DNA from: the human T2T-CHM13v2.0 reference genome, Homo sapiens
NCBI RefSeq assembly: GCF_009914755.1
Contig: NC_060929.1
Direction: 5' to 3' (one strand)
Length of the DNA: 64,000 bases
The notes beneath the pieces are model-generated. The model did not search any database. It had not been told where the DNA came from and saw only the letters and a program-made list of their open reading frames with translations. A program made the position numbers and the translations under genes. Each line of letters begins with the position of its first letter. Within the stretch, counting starts at the first letter, position 1. Below, in pieces: positions 14,892 to 33,401 of this stretch.

Positions 14892-15195
14892 GGCCGGGCG
14901 CGGTGGCTCACGCCAGTAATCCCAGCACTCTGGGAGGTCGAGGTGGGCGATCACGAGGTCAGGAGATCGAGACCATTCTGGCTAACACGGTGAAACCCCA
15001 TCTCTACTAAAAATACAAAAAATTAGCCTGGCGTGGTGGTGGGCACCTGTAGTCCCAGCTACTCAGGAGGCTGAGGCAGGAGAATGGCGTGAACCTGGGA
15101 GACAGAGCTTGCAGTGAGCCAAGATTGTGCCACTGCACTCCAGTCTGGGCGACAGAGCGAGACTGTCTCAAAAAAAAAAAAAAAAAAAAAAAAAA
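14892..15195 (+). mobile_element. AluY
   Basis: gagatcgagaccattctggctaacacggtg, gaatggcgtgaacc; long poly-A; TSD aaagatggagaaaaa / aaagatgcagaaaaa. Confidence 0.95.
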
Positions 15196-17270
15196 GATGC
15201 AGAAAAAGCAGTCAGATACATCAGAATGAACACTTAAAAAGCTTATCTTCAATATTCATTAGGTTTAAGGATCTCTCTTAATGAGAATCTATGCTTTCTT
15301 CTAAGTTGCTTAGTTCAGTTTTAGATGATGACGGCTGATGTTACATATTTTCACAATGACACCTGCAGGTTATTTGCAAAATCTGGCTTAAATAGCAATG
15401 ACCAAGGGCTGAATTCAGATTTTCAAGATTCCCAAGGTTATGTAAATGACCGCTGTGTGGGCAGAATCCCTTAAGCTCTAACTCAAAATCAGTCACTATT
15501 GGTAAAATAATTTTTCTTTTACTCTAACAATTTTCATAAAAAGGATACCATTAGATTTCACCTGGGGTTCTGTTGAAATATTGACATTATTATAGCTATT
15601 TTAAAAAGACTTTCTGATAGATGTTTATAGAAATGTTTCCTATGCTCAGTACATGCATATAGCTGGTCTATAAAATATTTCCTCTGGAGTGTTAACCCTT
15701 CATAAAATCTTTAATTATTCGTTACAACAGAATATAATGAGATAAACTGCTTTTATATCCCTGCTGTACTTGGAGGTAGACATATCCACAGACTCTGTAA
15801 AGATAAATGCAGAATTCCCGGATGCTGGGAAAGCTGCCATTTAGCTCAAGGCTTCCTTACTGTCATTTCATGAGAAATCTTAAGTATGTAACCACATACC
15901 AACTTAAAAGCATGATTTTTATTGTTTAACTGAAATTCTAGGGAGGACAGCATATAAATTGAGAAAAAAAAATAGAAACCTGGCTACGCAGAGCTCTTAA
16001 ATAAACTTGACAGCTGCCCAAAGACAGGAGATTTAAATAAATGTACATTAAACTCTTACCACTAGGCACATACATCTTTTCCCTATAGTATGTAGGGAGA
16101 CCAGTTGCAATAGAAGAAGGCCTTGAAGGATGTTATTACCCATTCTCCATCTATTAATAGAATAATGCGGTAGTCAAAAGACTTTCAAAAGATAAAAGCA
16201 TCATTCTCTCTAAAGTTTTTGGACTCCTGCCCAAATCACAGTCATATTTTCATATTTGTCAGCTCAAAGAGACTCTTTTATAATAGCAAATAAAAATTAA
16301 GTGTTCACACTGGGCTTCAAAGCAAAATTCTTTCAGTGATGATGCATAAAGCACAGTATACATCTTTCTTTAGGAAGGTTGACTGCCTCAAATTCAATAT
16401 TCAAGCTGGTAACATCACAGAGTTAAAGCATACTGGGACAATGGCTGCTATGATCTGATTTTAAAAAATTAGGCTAATTATGCAGAAAAGCATTCTCACA
16501 TGGGTGAATCCAGAGCCCTTTCCCAGAGGTGACATTTTTTAGAAATGTCCTTAATAAAGACAGACATGGAACTGAAGAGTCAACAGGGATAAAAAGAGGA
16601 GGGAGGATCACAATAAAGACTCCTTTGGCACTTGCTGGGTACAGAGTAGTCTCAGAGTAAATAATGAAATCAATAAATGAATGTAAAAAAATCTATCAAA
16701 TAATACAAGCCAATTGGGTGCTACTTGTTTCATGGAAAACATACTCATAGCCTAACACTTTTTCTTGGATTACTTTCCCACTTAGTGAAGGAGCTCTTTC
16801 TTTACACCCACCCTCATCCAGGAGCAGTAGCTGCCAACAAGCAGATACATGTTTGTGCAGGATGGAAGTAGTGATAAGTTGTTGACTTGAATAACAAAAA
16901 AGAAAATAAACAGAATACTATTCAGCTACTAGCTGACTAAAGCATATAATAGCAAGCCTGTCCTCTTTAGAGGTGTCTAGCACACATCATTCTGTTTCAG
17001 TACAGTTGGTGGACTTTTACTTCTCCCTACAGAGAGGCAACTGGAAATATCCAAAACTTCAGTGCCTGGGATAGTACCCAGCAGACAGTAAGCTCTCAAA
17101 GAGTTACTGAGAAGAATCCTTTGAAATGTACTTCAAGGTTTTCTGGATTCCTGGGTAAACCTGGGAGTGTGGAGCGGGAGGAATTTATTCACATCTGATT
17201 TGCATGTTGACAGCCATATTTCCCCAAAGTAAACAACAACAACCACAGATCCATATAATCTCTGAGGTTT

Positions 17271-17575
17271 GTTTTTTTGTTTGTTTGGTTTTTTTGTTTG
17301 AGACTCAGTCTCAGTCTCTGTTGCCCAGGCTGGAGTACAGTGGTGCGATCTCGGCAACCTCTGCCTCCTGAGTTCAAGTGATTCTCCTGCCTCAGCCTGC
17401 TGAGTAGCTGAGATTACAGATGTGCATCACCACACCCAGCTAATTTTTGTAATTTTAGTAGAGATGGGGTTTCACCATGTTGGCCACACTGGTCTCGAAC
17501 TCCCAACCTCAGGTGATCCACCTGCCTCAGCCTCCCAAAGTGCTGGGATTACAGGCGTGGCCATCGTGCCCGGCC
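17271..17575 (-). mobile_element. AluS
   Basis: Reverse Alu; TSD tctgaggttt on both sides. Confidence 0.95.
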
Positions 17576-17779
17576 TCTGAGGTTTATTTGTAATCTCAGA
17601 GAAGAAAAAGGAAAAAAAAGAAAATGAAATCATTTATGAAAGACTTAGTTTTCAGAGAGAGGTACATATATTGACATAATGAAACTATATCTATCTTCAT
17701 GTTAGGCCTCTTTTCCTAGACATAATGATGATAAATAAGCAGCAGAGGCCAAAGCTACCATTTGTTTCACACTTTCACA

Positions 17780-18400
17780 TTTCGTACTTTATGTTTTTTG
17801 TGCATTTATCCTCACCAACTTTATGATGTAGCTGTGATTTTGCCCGCCTCACAGTTTAGCAATCCTTAGAGACAGTTTAAACAATTTGCTCAAGGTCACA
17901 TGGCTAGAAAGTGGTAAAACTGAGTTTTTAAACCCAGATGTCTGAGTCTAAAACCTATGTGCATATCTATGACACTATTGTCTAGCTTGGATAATCAGAA
18001 TCTTGGGGTAATTGCAGGGGTTGGACTAACTTGAGTTTCAATCCTGGCTTTGCCACTTGCTATAGGTATGCTATTGAGCAAACTTTTGCATCATTATCTG
18101 AAAAACAAACAAACAAAACTTCCAAGATTATTGTGGGAATTAGAAACAATGTGTTTAAAGTATCTGATAGCTGCTCTTGCCATTGTTGTTACTGTCATTA
18201 TCATTAAAAGGAATGTAGAATTTTGAAATTCTTTTGAGACTATCCAGTTTTCTCATTTTTTTGCATGCATTTTATCTGCATATAACCTGAGGACAAGAGC
18301 CAGTTAAGCAGTGAGAGTTCCTCTGCTGGGGTTCGCTAGAGGGAAAAGTTGAGACCAGAATTCTGGTTTCTTGCCCAGTGCGATTTCCACCACCCTCTGC
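17780..18400. mobile_element. Cluster of MIR relics (both orientations)
   Basis: caatttgctcaaggtcacatggctag; gagtttcaatcctggctttgccacttgcta; further core-like sequence near 18250-18390. Confidence 0.6.
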
Positions 18401-18452
18401 TACCTATCATTTGCTTTACTTTAAAAAGACTAAACTAATCCCAAATGCTGCT

Positions 18453-18755
18453 AATCAAATCCAAACCAAATAAGGATAGAAACTGTTCCTCCTTTGCAGG
18501 GAACCATAAAACAGGAATGCAGAAAACACATGCTTTTGGAAAAAATCAACAGAAAAAACTCAATACTCTTTGGGTACAAATTCCCCCAAGGGAACACAGA
18601 CCTGACAGAACTGAAAAAAACACCCACTGGTAGCAAGCCTTGCCAAGAGTTCTCCGTCCCCGGAGGCTCGGTGTCAATGGCTTTCACCTCTGGCATAGTG
18701 ACCAATTACAAAATGGGCCTTCCATTCCTAACCACAGATATCCTAAATGACAAAT
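18453..18755. other. Copy B of the diverged ~310-bp local duplication
   Basis: Identical 25-bp block at 18569-18593, atgcagaaaacacatgcttttgg at 18517-18539, ctaaatgacaaat at 18743-18755. Confidence 0.85.
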
Positions 18756-18822
18756 TAAGTGTCTGAGAGATAAAAGGTTATCAGGGAATAAGTACAAAAT
18801 ACACATGTGCACGCCTGCGCAT

Positions 18823-18845
18823 ACACACACACACACACACACACA
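18823..18845. repeat. (CA)n microsatellite
   Basis: About 11 AC units. Confidence 0.95.
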
Positions 18846-18990
18846 GCCTGATGTGGAGTTTTAAAAAGTCTCATTTGGTTTTCATCACATTTACACTAGT
18901 TTTTCTTTGTCTAGCATAACTCTTATGTCAGTAGTTTAAACAACATTTAATATTTGAGAAAAAAGCCCTATGTGGACGTGCCAAATAAGT

Positions 18991-19284
18991 ACAGTCACGT
19001 GTAGCATAACAACATTTCAGTCAAGGATGGGCTGCATATATGATAATGGGCCTTTAGAATTATAATACTATAGTTTTTACTACGGCTTTTCTATGTTTAG
19101 ATACACAAATACTTCCTATTGTGCTACAGTTGCCTACAGTATTCAGTACATGTTGTACAGGTTTGTAGCCTAGGAAAAACAGGCTTTACCATATAGCCTA
19201 GGAGTGTAGCAGGCAGGCTCTACCACCTGGGTATGTGTAAGTACACTCTGTGATGGTCACACAATGGTGAAATCACCTAACTGT
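18991..19284 (+). mobile_element. Tigger3-like DNA transposon (internally deleted)
   Basis: ta|cagtca...actg|ta termini; gtttagatacacaaatact and tacaggtttgtagcctagg are typical of Tigger3/MER7. Confidence 0.8.
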
Positions 19285-20069
19285 ATCAAAATAATACTAA
19301 CACCAACCATGATGTGCCAAATCTATGTGATCAGGGGTACACTATGAAATGGCAAAAAAAAAAGGGGTGGAGTGGGGTGGGGTGAAGTGGGTATGAAACA
19401 CTTTAAGGAACTTCCCAGGCCAAACAGTGCACAGCCAGTTTAACCATAATATCATCACCACTCTGGGGTAAACAATTTCCATGGCCATTCATGTCAACGT
19501 CATATCTGTGTTTATATTCATTCTCATGAGGGTAGAAATAACAGCGTTCATTATGAGAGATACATCATACTAAAATGCTCAATTAGTTTTCTCTTGATCC
19601 AGAGGCTTGTTAAAATCAACACCCTCAACTGATATGGGGTTCAACATTTAGAAGAACCTACAAACATGCAAAATGTTTTATTTTGCTTTTACTTGTATGG
19701 CTCTTCTAGTCTTTTGTTGGGGAGGGTGGTTAAAAAAGGAGTTTATCCATATTTCTCCTTGGTTAACATTCTGCTAAAAAAAAAAAATCAAAATTTTAAA
19801 CTGGCTTATAATGCCTGTGACACCAAGAATACTTAGTGAGCAATTAAACTACAGCACTATATGTCTACTTTAGGGAACTTCCCTACCACATGTCTGGATA
19901 AATATTTTTACTTTCTTGTACAAGGAATTAACGAATCAAATCACATTTCTAAAATAGTCTGCACTCATTGTCTTACCAATAACCTTTTCAGTATTTTGCA
20001 TACATCAATCTTTTGTCCAAGATCTTCCAACTGTCTCCTTTACCAGGTTGACACCCAAAATGCAATTCT

Positions 20070-20487
<418 letters not shown>

Positions 20488-20979
20488 CTAAAATCCTTTA
20501 AGCTATTATAGATTTCCTCTCAGTTACTGTGAAATCAACAAACAATCCATCACTTCCTCTTAGATTCTCACCCAAAAGATATCTTGGTTGCATTTCTTCT
20601 AGAACATACTTCCCTCAACTACCCAAATTAAACATATTTCAAGCATCATTAATTGATTAGATTTACAAAGAGCTCTGAATGAGTTCAAAGGCACTCTGGA
20701 TGAGTGAAAAGGCAATTGTTCATTTTCTTCAAGTACCTTCACCTTTCCTTTCACTCGGGAACGAATGTTTTCTAATAATTTTTCTTATGAAAGTGTTACC
20801 TATCTTCTGTCTCTTCCCCTAGTCTTATATTTCATGCTAATGCATGCATTTCAGTTTCCATTTTACTGACATTACTGTTTGTTATAATGTTATTAAAATT
20901 CTTCTCTTCACAAATTTTTGGACTGACGAAAATATTCAGTCATTACATTTCCGTTTTGCAAATAGCAAGTTAGATGCTG

Positions 20980-21300
<321 letters not shown>

Positions 21301-21437
21301 TTAGCTGCTACATCACTCACTATTCCAATGTTCCTTACATTTGAAATCTGTAGATTAATAATCATAAAAGAATAAAATTAAACACTGATTCAAACAAATA
21401 TGAACAGACGTTTGTAACTTAGGTGTTATCCAGAAAA

Positions 21438-21471
21438 AACAACAACAACAACAACAACAACAACAAACAAC
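21438..21471. repeat. (AAC)n microsatellite
   Basis: About 9 aac units. Confidence 0.9.
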
Positions 21472-21476
21472 TTTGA

Positions 21477-21795
<319 letters not shown>

Positions 21796-23389
21796 AGTCC
21801 TGAAGTTTTAAAACTAGACCAACCAGTGCTATGATACTGCTTAATTCCCATAGGCATGTAGCAAATTTGTATTTTCTTCATTTGCTGAAAGAAAAAAGAA
21901 AAACACCATAACCTTTTGTCTCTACCTTTGAGCAATTTAATAAAATTAAACTTTGAAAGAGATTAAGAGTAGTAATCAAAGTTCCAAATATAGCTAAGAA
22001 AAAGCTAACTACTCTGGTGGAAGTTACGTATATTTGAAGCATTTTTCCTCAATATAACATGGAATTAATAGGAATTCACTCATTATGCATGTTCTAGTAT
22101 AACCTTAAATGCCCACAGGTTATTCCTAATTTTCTGGAGAAATAAAAGTCACATGGCATTTTTCTATGCTTAAACAGAGAACAATTATGGATTTTTTAAG
22201 AAGGGAGAGAAGGAAACATGCATACTTCACTTATGCCCATAACTTCTAGAGCTTTTATGTTTCATATGAAAAACAGAAAATACATTTCTAATGTGTCATC
22301 AATTCTTTTGAACTTCTAATAATTTGAATGTACATTTTATAGCAAATAGCTTAATGATCACATCATGCAGCTGACTTAATTCTCAAAATGTCTTTGTAGT
22401 TTTATTATTCTGTAAAAGCAAACTGTTTCACCAAAAATTGTACTAGGTCAAGCTTTTACAAGAAAAATATTTATTATATTGTCCATTAAAGCTTACCAAT
22501 TAATTACCAAGTTTAGTCAATGGGGTTCCTTTGAACTGCCTGTGAGATGAGTATTTTATTACTTATTATTATAATAATGAGTAGATTTGAAAGATTTTTA
22601 CCTTACAAAATATCAATGGTTTATTTCACAATGTTATTTGTTAAACCAAAGCATTAGTCATTCTCTTCTTCTACTTTTCTCCTTCTTCCCCTTTCCCTTT
22701 ACTTCTGTATAAGCTTTTTTAATATTTAAGATATGAAGAAATCCAACATTATACATCATTAAACCATGGCCAAATTCACAATAAAATGTGCCTGCAATCC
22801 TTTAAAAAAAGGATTATGTATACAGAACTACGTGGAAAACTTGCTGTTCTCAGAAAAGAACAGAATGAAACAGATAATAAATAAATTTCTATATCCAAGG
22901 TAGATCTTTCTTTTTACAGGAGGTCGGGTAAGTTCATACAGAAAAACTCTACAGAATGGGCCTGTCGTTAAAAATAAACGAAGCAAGGATTATTGGGTTT
23001 AGATCATTTTCTTAAGAATCAAAAAAGTTTTTCTAGGGCTTTGGCTAAGTACATGAAGATAAATGATGCCCAATTCTGGTTTTGCCAAATAACACAAGTC
23101 TTTTCAGAAACTACAAATTCCAGTGGCTCTGGCAGAATGAATATCAACCTAGGTCAGTTCTCCATAACCAGAACCCACAAATTTGCCAGTCCACTTCACA
23201 TCTCAACTATTAGATAATAGCAGGCAAGATGCATGTTCCTGGTGGGCACAGTTGTTTATGTGGTGATTCTTCTTTGAGTTGTTGGTGTTTTCTCGCTTTC
23301 TTCCCTCCCTTCCTCCCTTTCCTCCCCTCCCCTCCACCTAATAGAGGGCCCACCTCTCTACAGGGTGCTCACCTCTAACTGTCTCCAGC

Positions 23390-25400
<2,011 letters not shown>

Positions 25401-25767
25401 CAAAATGTGTCCAGAACAGTAGTAGGTAGAATAGTGCAATGGCTTAAAATTAAAAGGAAATGGAATTTTTAATTGCAAGATAAATGGTCTGGAAGTGGCA
25501 GTAAGGAACAAGAAAGACACTCATCTCAACTCTGGACCCCATGTTACATGGGCATGGGAGATAAAAATCACAGCAAGTGAAGGATAGAAAATGAATTAAG
25601 ATCCTTCTAGGGATCTTACAGGGCCTTAGAACTACATGGTAAACACCACCATGTCTGGCACAGAGCCAAAAACACAACAGGGTTTGAACAAATACTTGGG
25701 TTTTAACTAAAAGGAGTTTAAAAGTATCATCAATTCTGTAGACAAACAGCCTAGATATGGGGCTTTA

Positions 25768-26160
<393 letters not shown>

Positions 26161-27349
26161 CTACTGAGTAGCTCCCGACTGCACTCTCAGCTATTTTCTA
26201 TCCTACTACCTTATCCTTTTCCTTGATTTCTTTGCTAATTATTTGTCTGCTTTTCTAGAATTGCTAATTTTCTGATTCACTACAAATGTATCAGCTTAAT
26301 TACTATTTCTTTTGCTCGTCACTATATACCTAAGGCCTAGCAAAGTGTCTGGCACATATAATGTCCTCAAAGAATACCAAATAAACAAAATAGAGAAAAG
26401 CATGGTTAGAAGTAGCCCAATTAAGTTACACTATGCAGAGACAGGCCAATATAGGTTCAATACTTCTAAGGATCCCATCTTTGGGATGGAATTGACATTT
26501 AGAAAGAAGGCAGTGAAAAACAAATACTGATTCCTGGGCAACAGATCAGGGAGGCTGCATTCTTGTAGGCAGAGGGCTAAACAGCACTTGACTAAGGAGT
26601 AAGCTTGGAGTGGCTGAGAGAGATGTGAGTCAGCTTCCTCGTCTCTACTCAACCATCTTCAAAGTCCTGCCTCATGTGACCTTATTCCTACGATGATCCA
26701 TTCTGTCCACAGTGGCCTTTCATGTTCTGTACTTCCTGATCTAACAGACAATCGCTATTTCCACTGTACTCCTAGCTTCTACATCACTATTACGTTGCAA
26801 CTGTGAACACGGACATGTTTGTCGTTTACTGGGTATGTTTACTGAGTAGTTTAGACGTACATTGACATCAGACAGTTTATCTTTTAGATTATAAACTTGT
26901 AGAAGCAGGGGTTTGTAGTCTCCATAATGTAATCTTTGGTTCGTTAACTCAGTTTGTTTAGGTCAAGGGTGAAGGTTTAACCTCCAAACGAGTTATTTAG
27001 TTTTGCTTTGCTCCACTTTCTCAAACTACCTCCAACTCAGGCATTCTCAGCACACTGAGAAGTGTTAAACCAAGACAGAATAATGTAAGAGAAAAAATTC
27101 ACATTTGAATGAAAATTCCAAACTTTACAATTGCAAACACCATACATTAAAAAGAACAGCAGTGAAATTCCAAAGCACCTGAAAAATGAGTTGCAAAAAC
27201 AAAAAGGTTTATATAATCTAAAATTCCCGACTGCAGAAATATGTAAATATATATTTAAACTTGAAATATATGGCCATTGCTATTAAATGTAAAGTCAAGT
27301 AAATTTATGTTAAAGTAAAATGTAGTGTTCTCATTCCACTAACCATAAA

Positions 27350-27680
27350 CATAGAAGTTTAGAGCTGGGAAGGACCTTGCAGGCCAGGCCCCTTATTTTG
27401 TAGACGAAGTAACTAAAGCCTAGAAGGGTTGCTGAGGTACCCAGCATCAGACAGCAGCACAAGTCAGCAGCACTGAAGTGGAGACACCACAGGCTTTGGA
27501 GACAGATCCATCTGCATTTGACCCTGATATTCCACCCTTTAGCTGTGTGGCATTGGGAACCCTCACTCTTTCAAATTTCAGTTTCCTCATGTATGAATGA
27601 GGGATCATATCACTATGGTTTATTGAGCAGGCCTGTAAAGATTAAAAGTCCTAAACCTGAAGTGCCTAGCACAGAACTTT
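27350..27680. mobile_element. Two MIR relics
   Basis: agagctgggaaggacc...ttttgtagacgaagtaactaaag; ctttggagacaga...cagtttcctcatgtatg. Confidence 0.6.
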
Positions 27681-27687
27681 TGGGCTA

Positions 27688-29770
<2,083 letters not shown>

Positions 29771-31673
29771 TAAAGTTGGAACTACTGTAGTAGGTTCCTT
29801 AACAAATATTAGTAAACTTTACCCCACCTAACTCCTATCATCATGTATGTAAAAACAGTGTTTTATGGTTCTTTTGGTCTTCTATATGACTACCTACAGA
29901 AGCAAACAATAAAAATGAACTGATAGGTCTTGTAAAATTTGCCCTGATGTCTATTTTGAAGTGTTATAAATTCGGTATTTGCGTAACAGTGGTTCTCCTG
30001 GAGAAAATCATTAGAAATTTGATCCTACACCCTATTCTTATTCACTGAACAGAAAAGAGAAATCTGGAAGCAATCTGGTAATATAAAACTATTAGTTTAT
30101 GCTGTTGGAGCCTTTATCTAACAAATTTCCAAAACAACTACAGTCGTTAAAATAGTGAAATTATTATTTCCAAGTGGACATATATTTTTATTAAAAGAAC
30201 AATTAAGACAGTTTATTTGATATATTTTAACACTTTTCATTAACCAGGGGTCATACACTTGCTAAAATACTTTTCTGGAAGCACAGGTAATATTCAGAAC
30301 AAGAGTCACAATTGTGCCCACTCAGCATTCCTTCACATTGATCAGAACTCACTTCACTGAGAAGTACTGCACTAAAGGATTTAATGAGACATGCTACTGA
30401 AACATAAATGTACATAGCCCGGAGCTGAAGGATTTTATAATAACAAACTCATACACACACAGAACCGCAAATCATTACCTTCACTGCCATTCTGAAGAGA
30501 GCTGGCACTTTAGTCGTAAAGTTTTTCCTTAAGTTTAGAAGTGTCCCTGATTGCAAATAATATTCAACAAAAAATTTATAATCTTAAAAAAGATACTGCT
30601 AAATAAAATAAAAGCTACATACTGCCTGCCACATGGAAGGTGCTTGATAAACATCAGTTAGATAAATAAGCCTCAAGACTCACAAGACAATACAATGATT
30701 TAATTCCCATTGGATATGGTATTGTGGAGGACTCTAAATTTCTGAGTCAGCACCCTTCATTTCATGTTGTTTATAGACTAGCTTTGTAACCAGTATTCTA
30801 CTCAATAGCTAGAGTATTCACAAATACACTAAAATAATGAAGAATAAGCCACTGTGTAATTAAATATGAATAATGAAGACAGCACTTATAACAGTTTGAC
30901 TTCTATTTCAAGTGAAAAACAGGAAGTTGCCTAAAAAGTTGCTGTGTTTAAAAATGGGTCTTTTTATGGATTTATAATACAATCAAGGGACCAACTTTTG
31001 CAGTTTGTTCTCAAATATTAGGAGATGTAGTTTCTTCATCATTTGAAATGATGACATGGAAGACAGCATGCATAAGATCAAACACCTTTTACTCAAAATA
31101 CAGAATTAATGGGCTTGCTCATATTCCAAGGATGTGTCTTCTTAAACACTGGTTTGTTTCATAGTTCTAAGTTTTTTGGAGGGCCTGACTTAATCCAAAA
31201 ATACTGTGGCATGCCTACAAGAGTTAACCTCTTATATTTTGAAGTAGAACAAAAAGGGAACATATATTCTGACAGGAGATTCTATCATAATCGCTCAGAA
31301 CACTGAACTTTTTCAACTTGATGAAAGGTTTCTCCAAGTTAGAAATACTATAAGTAACTCTTTCCAAAAGACTGCTCGTATGTGAAGAGTGAAAAAACAA
31401 ACTAAACAAAAGCAAAAACTTAGGACTAAAGACTAACAAATGCATATGAAGAAGGAAAGTGCCTTTGCTCAAGGTCATTGTGCTAACAGAATGACTTGCT
31501 TAGTTCACGTGCAGATATTTGTTGGCAAATGTTAAGCGATGCAGAAAAAAAGGCACTACATAAATGTGAAAAACAAATAAGTAAAACCATAAACATGAAT
31601 GTTGTAATTTGATGATTATGTGCAAGATCAATCAAGTAGTGAAAGTATGTAGTATTCAAGTGTTTAAAGTGGC

Positions 31674-31813
31674 GGCCTGGGCATGGTGGCTCATGCCTGT
31701 AATCCCAGCACTCTGAGAGGCTGAGGTGAGAGAAATGCTTGAGGCCAGGAGTTCAGGACCAGCCAGGGCAACACAGTAAAACCTCGTTTCTACAAAAATT
31801 AAAAAAAAAAAAA
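31674..31813 (+). mobile_element. FLAM / Alu left monomer
   Basis: Left arm only, followed by an A tail. Confidence 0.88.
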
Positions 31814-32474
31814 CGACTATGCTCAAGGTAGTGAGGAACCACTTCTACTAAGCCAGATGGAAATTGCTAAGAACAGAAAGACGACGATGTCATGACGGCT
31901 GGTTAACTATGGGAGCAGCTGGGGTTTGAATTTCTGTTAACAGTAGGAGAAAATAAGGACTGGAGACAGAGGGGGAATCTGAGAAATTCTCTATTTTGGT
32001 GGCTAAGCTAACACAATCTACTCACAGCTTTTTTTCATTTGATTACCATTTGAAACAGATTACTTCTCCATTTGAGGGTAATCGTGAAGCAAGATTTCAA
32101 CTCATGCTCTATCACTACCCATTCCAGGCCACAAATTAAAATAGCCTATTACTACTTTTATGCACACAATAAAGAGATCTTCCATCCCAATCTTCTCCAT
32201 GCTTTTTTTTTTCTCAGCAAAGTTCATGTAAACCAGTAGGTCATAGTAAATCCTAAAATGTATTCCCACAGTGAGATACTTGGAACATTTTCCTTCTGGA
32301 TTTTATTAAACGTAATGTTCTAAGCATTATGAGTGCTCTAAGGTATTTCTTGAATAATAACCCAAACTGCAGAGTGAAAGTAAGTGGCAATTAAAATCCC
32401 GAGACAGACGGGAACACTGAGACTAAGAAATAACAGCATCTGTTCCTGACGATGGCTGGACTGCTGATCTAGCT

Positions 32475-32799
32475 TGGGGTCAGCAAACTTGGCCTGAGGG
32501 CCAAATCCAGCCCACTCCCTGTTTTCATATGGCCTGCAAGAGCCAAGAATGGTTTTCACAGTTTTAAATGGTTGGGGGAAAAAAATCAAAACAATATTAG
32601 CATTTTAAGAACATAAAAATTAGATGAAATACAAATTTCAATGTCCATAAAGTTTCACTGAAACACAGCAAGATTCATTTGTTTATATATTGTCTATTGC
32701 AGCTGGGTATGGGAGACCTGAGTAGCAGGGACTTTGAGTATGGCCTACAAAGCCTATATTTACAATCTGACCCTTTAGAGAAAAGGTTTGCAGACCATG
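32475..32799 (+). mobile_element. MER58B-like hAT-Charlie DNA transposon
   Basis: Degenerate terminal inverted repeats ggggtcagcaaac...gtttgcagacc; gggccaaatccagccc; gaatggttttcacagttttaaatggttg. Confidence 0.8.
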
Positions 32800-33375
32800 A
32801 GCTTGATCAGAACTTCAAATACCATCTGTGGTGAAGGAGCTGGTTTGTTTTGAGTATTTGTTTTCTAACCCATCATAGATCTGAGCTAAGCTTTTGTAGA
32901 ATACAAAAATCATATACTTTGGATGTTGCAGAGATGTCAGATTGCTATAAATTTCCTAAATGTTTACTCTCAATTTCTGTATTTATCTTCTTGCATACTC
33001 AAACAGATATTTTGTGGACTGGCACCAGTCTGCAGGTGGTTCTGTGTAGGTATTCTTTGTGTTCTTTAGATCACACAAATTTTCTAAAAGCACTGATCTA
33101 GAGAACACAAGAATACCTTCACATAACTTTTTGGAAAACCTTACTTACTCCTTCCCTATATACTCCTTCCCTATATATTTTCGATATGATGACCACTAAA
33201 AATATCAGTAAATAAATATATTGCTTTGTAAATATATTAACTAGATAAAATTATAGTTTTTCCATGAATCTTTTTCAAGCATTATGCTTTATGCTTTAAA
33301 ATTATAACCAGTTTCTTCCTTACCAGCTACCACATTATATATTTTTACTGTTCTCTTAGACTTTACATAAAAGAA

Positions 33376-33401
33376 TTTTTTTTTTTTTTTTTTTTTTTTT
33401 T
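33376..33401. repeat. Poly-T tract
   Basis: 26 consecutive T. Confidence 0.95.

Noticed and set aside
13712-18755. Twin elements as snoRNA/miRNA paralogues or as the two LTRs of one provirus
   Set aside because: No convincing terminal C/D or H/ACA architecture or long hairpin; no TG..CA termini, TSD, primer-binding site, polypurine tract or retroviral internal sequence between them.
18451-18766. Listed ORFs over the twin elements sharing RKHMLL / FGYKFPQG or PWGNLYPK
   Set aside because: The shared peptides come from DNA-identical blocks; indels between the blocks shift frames between copies, so these long ORFs are not conserved as proteins.
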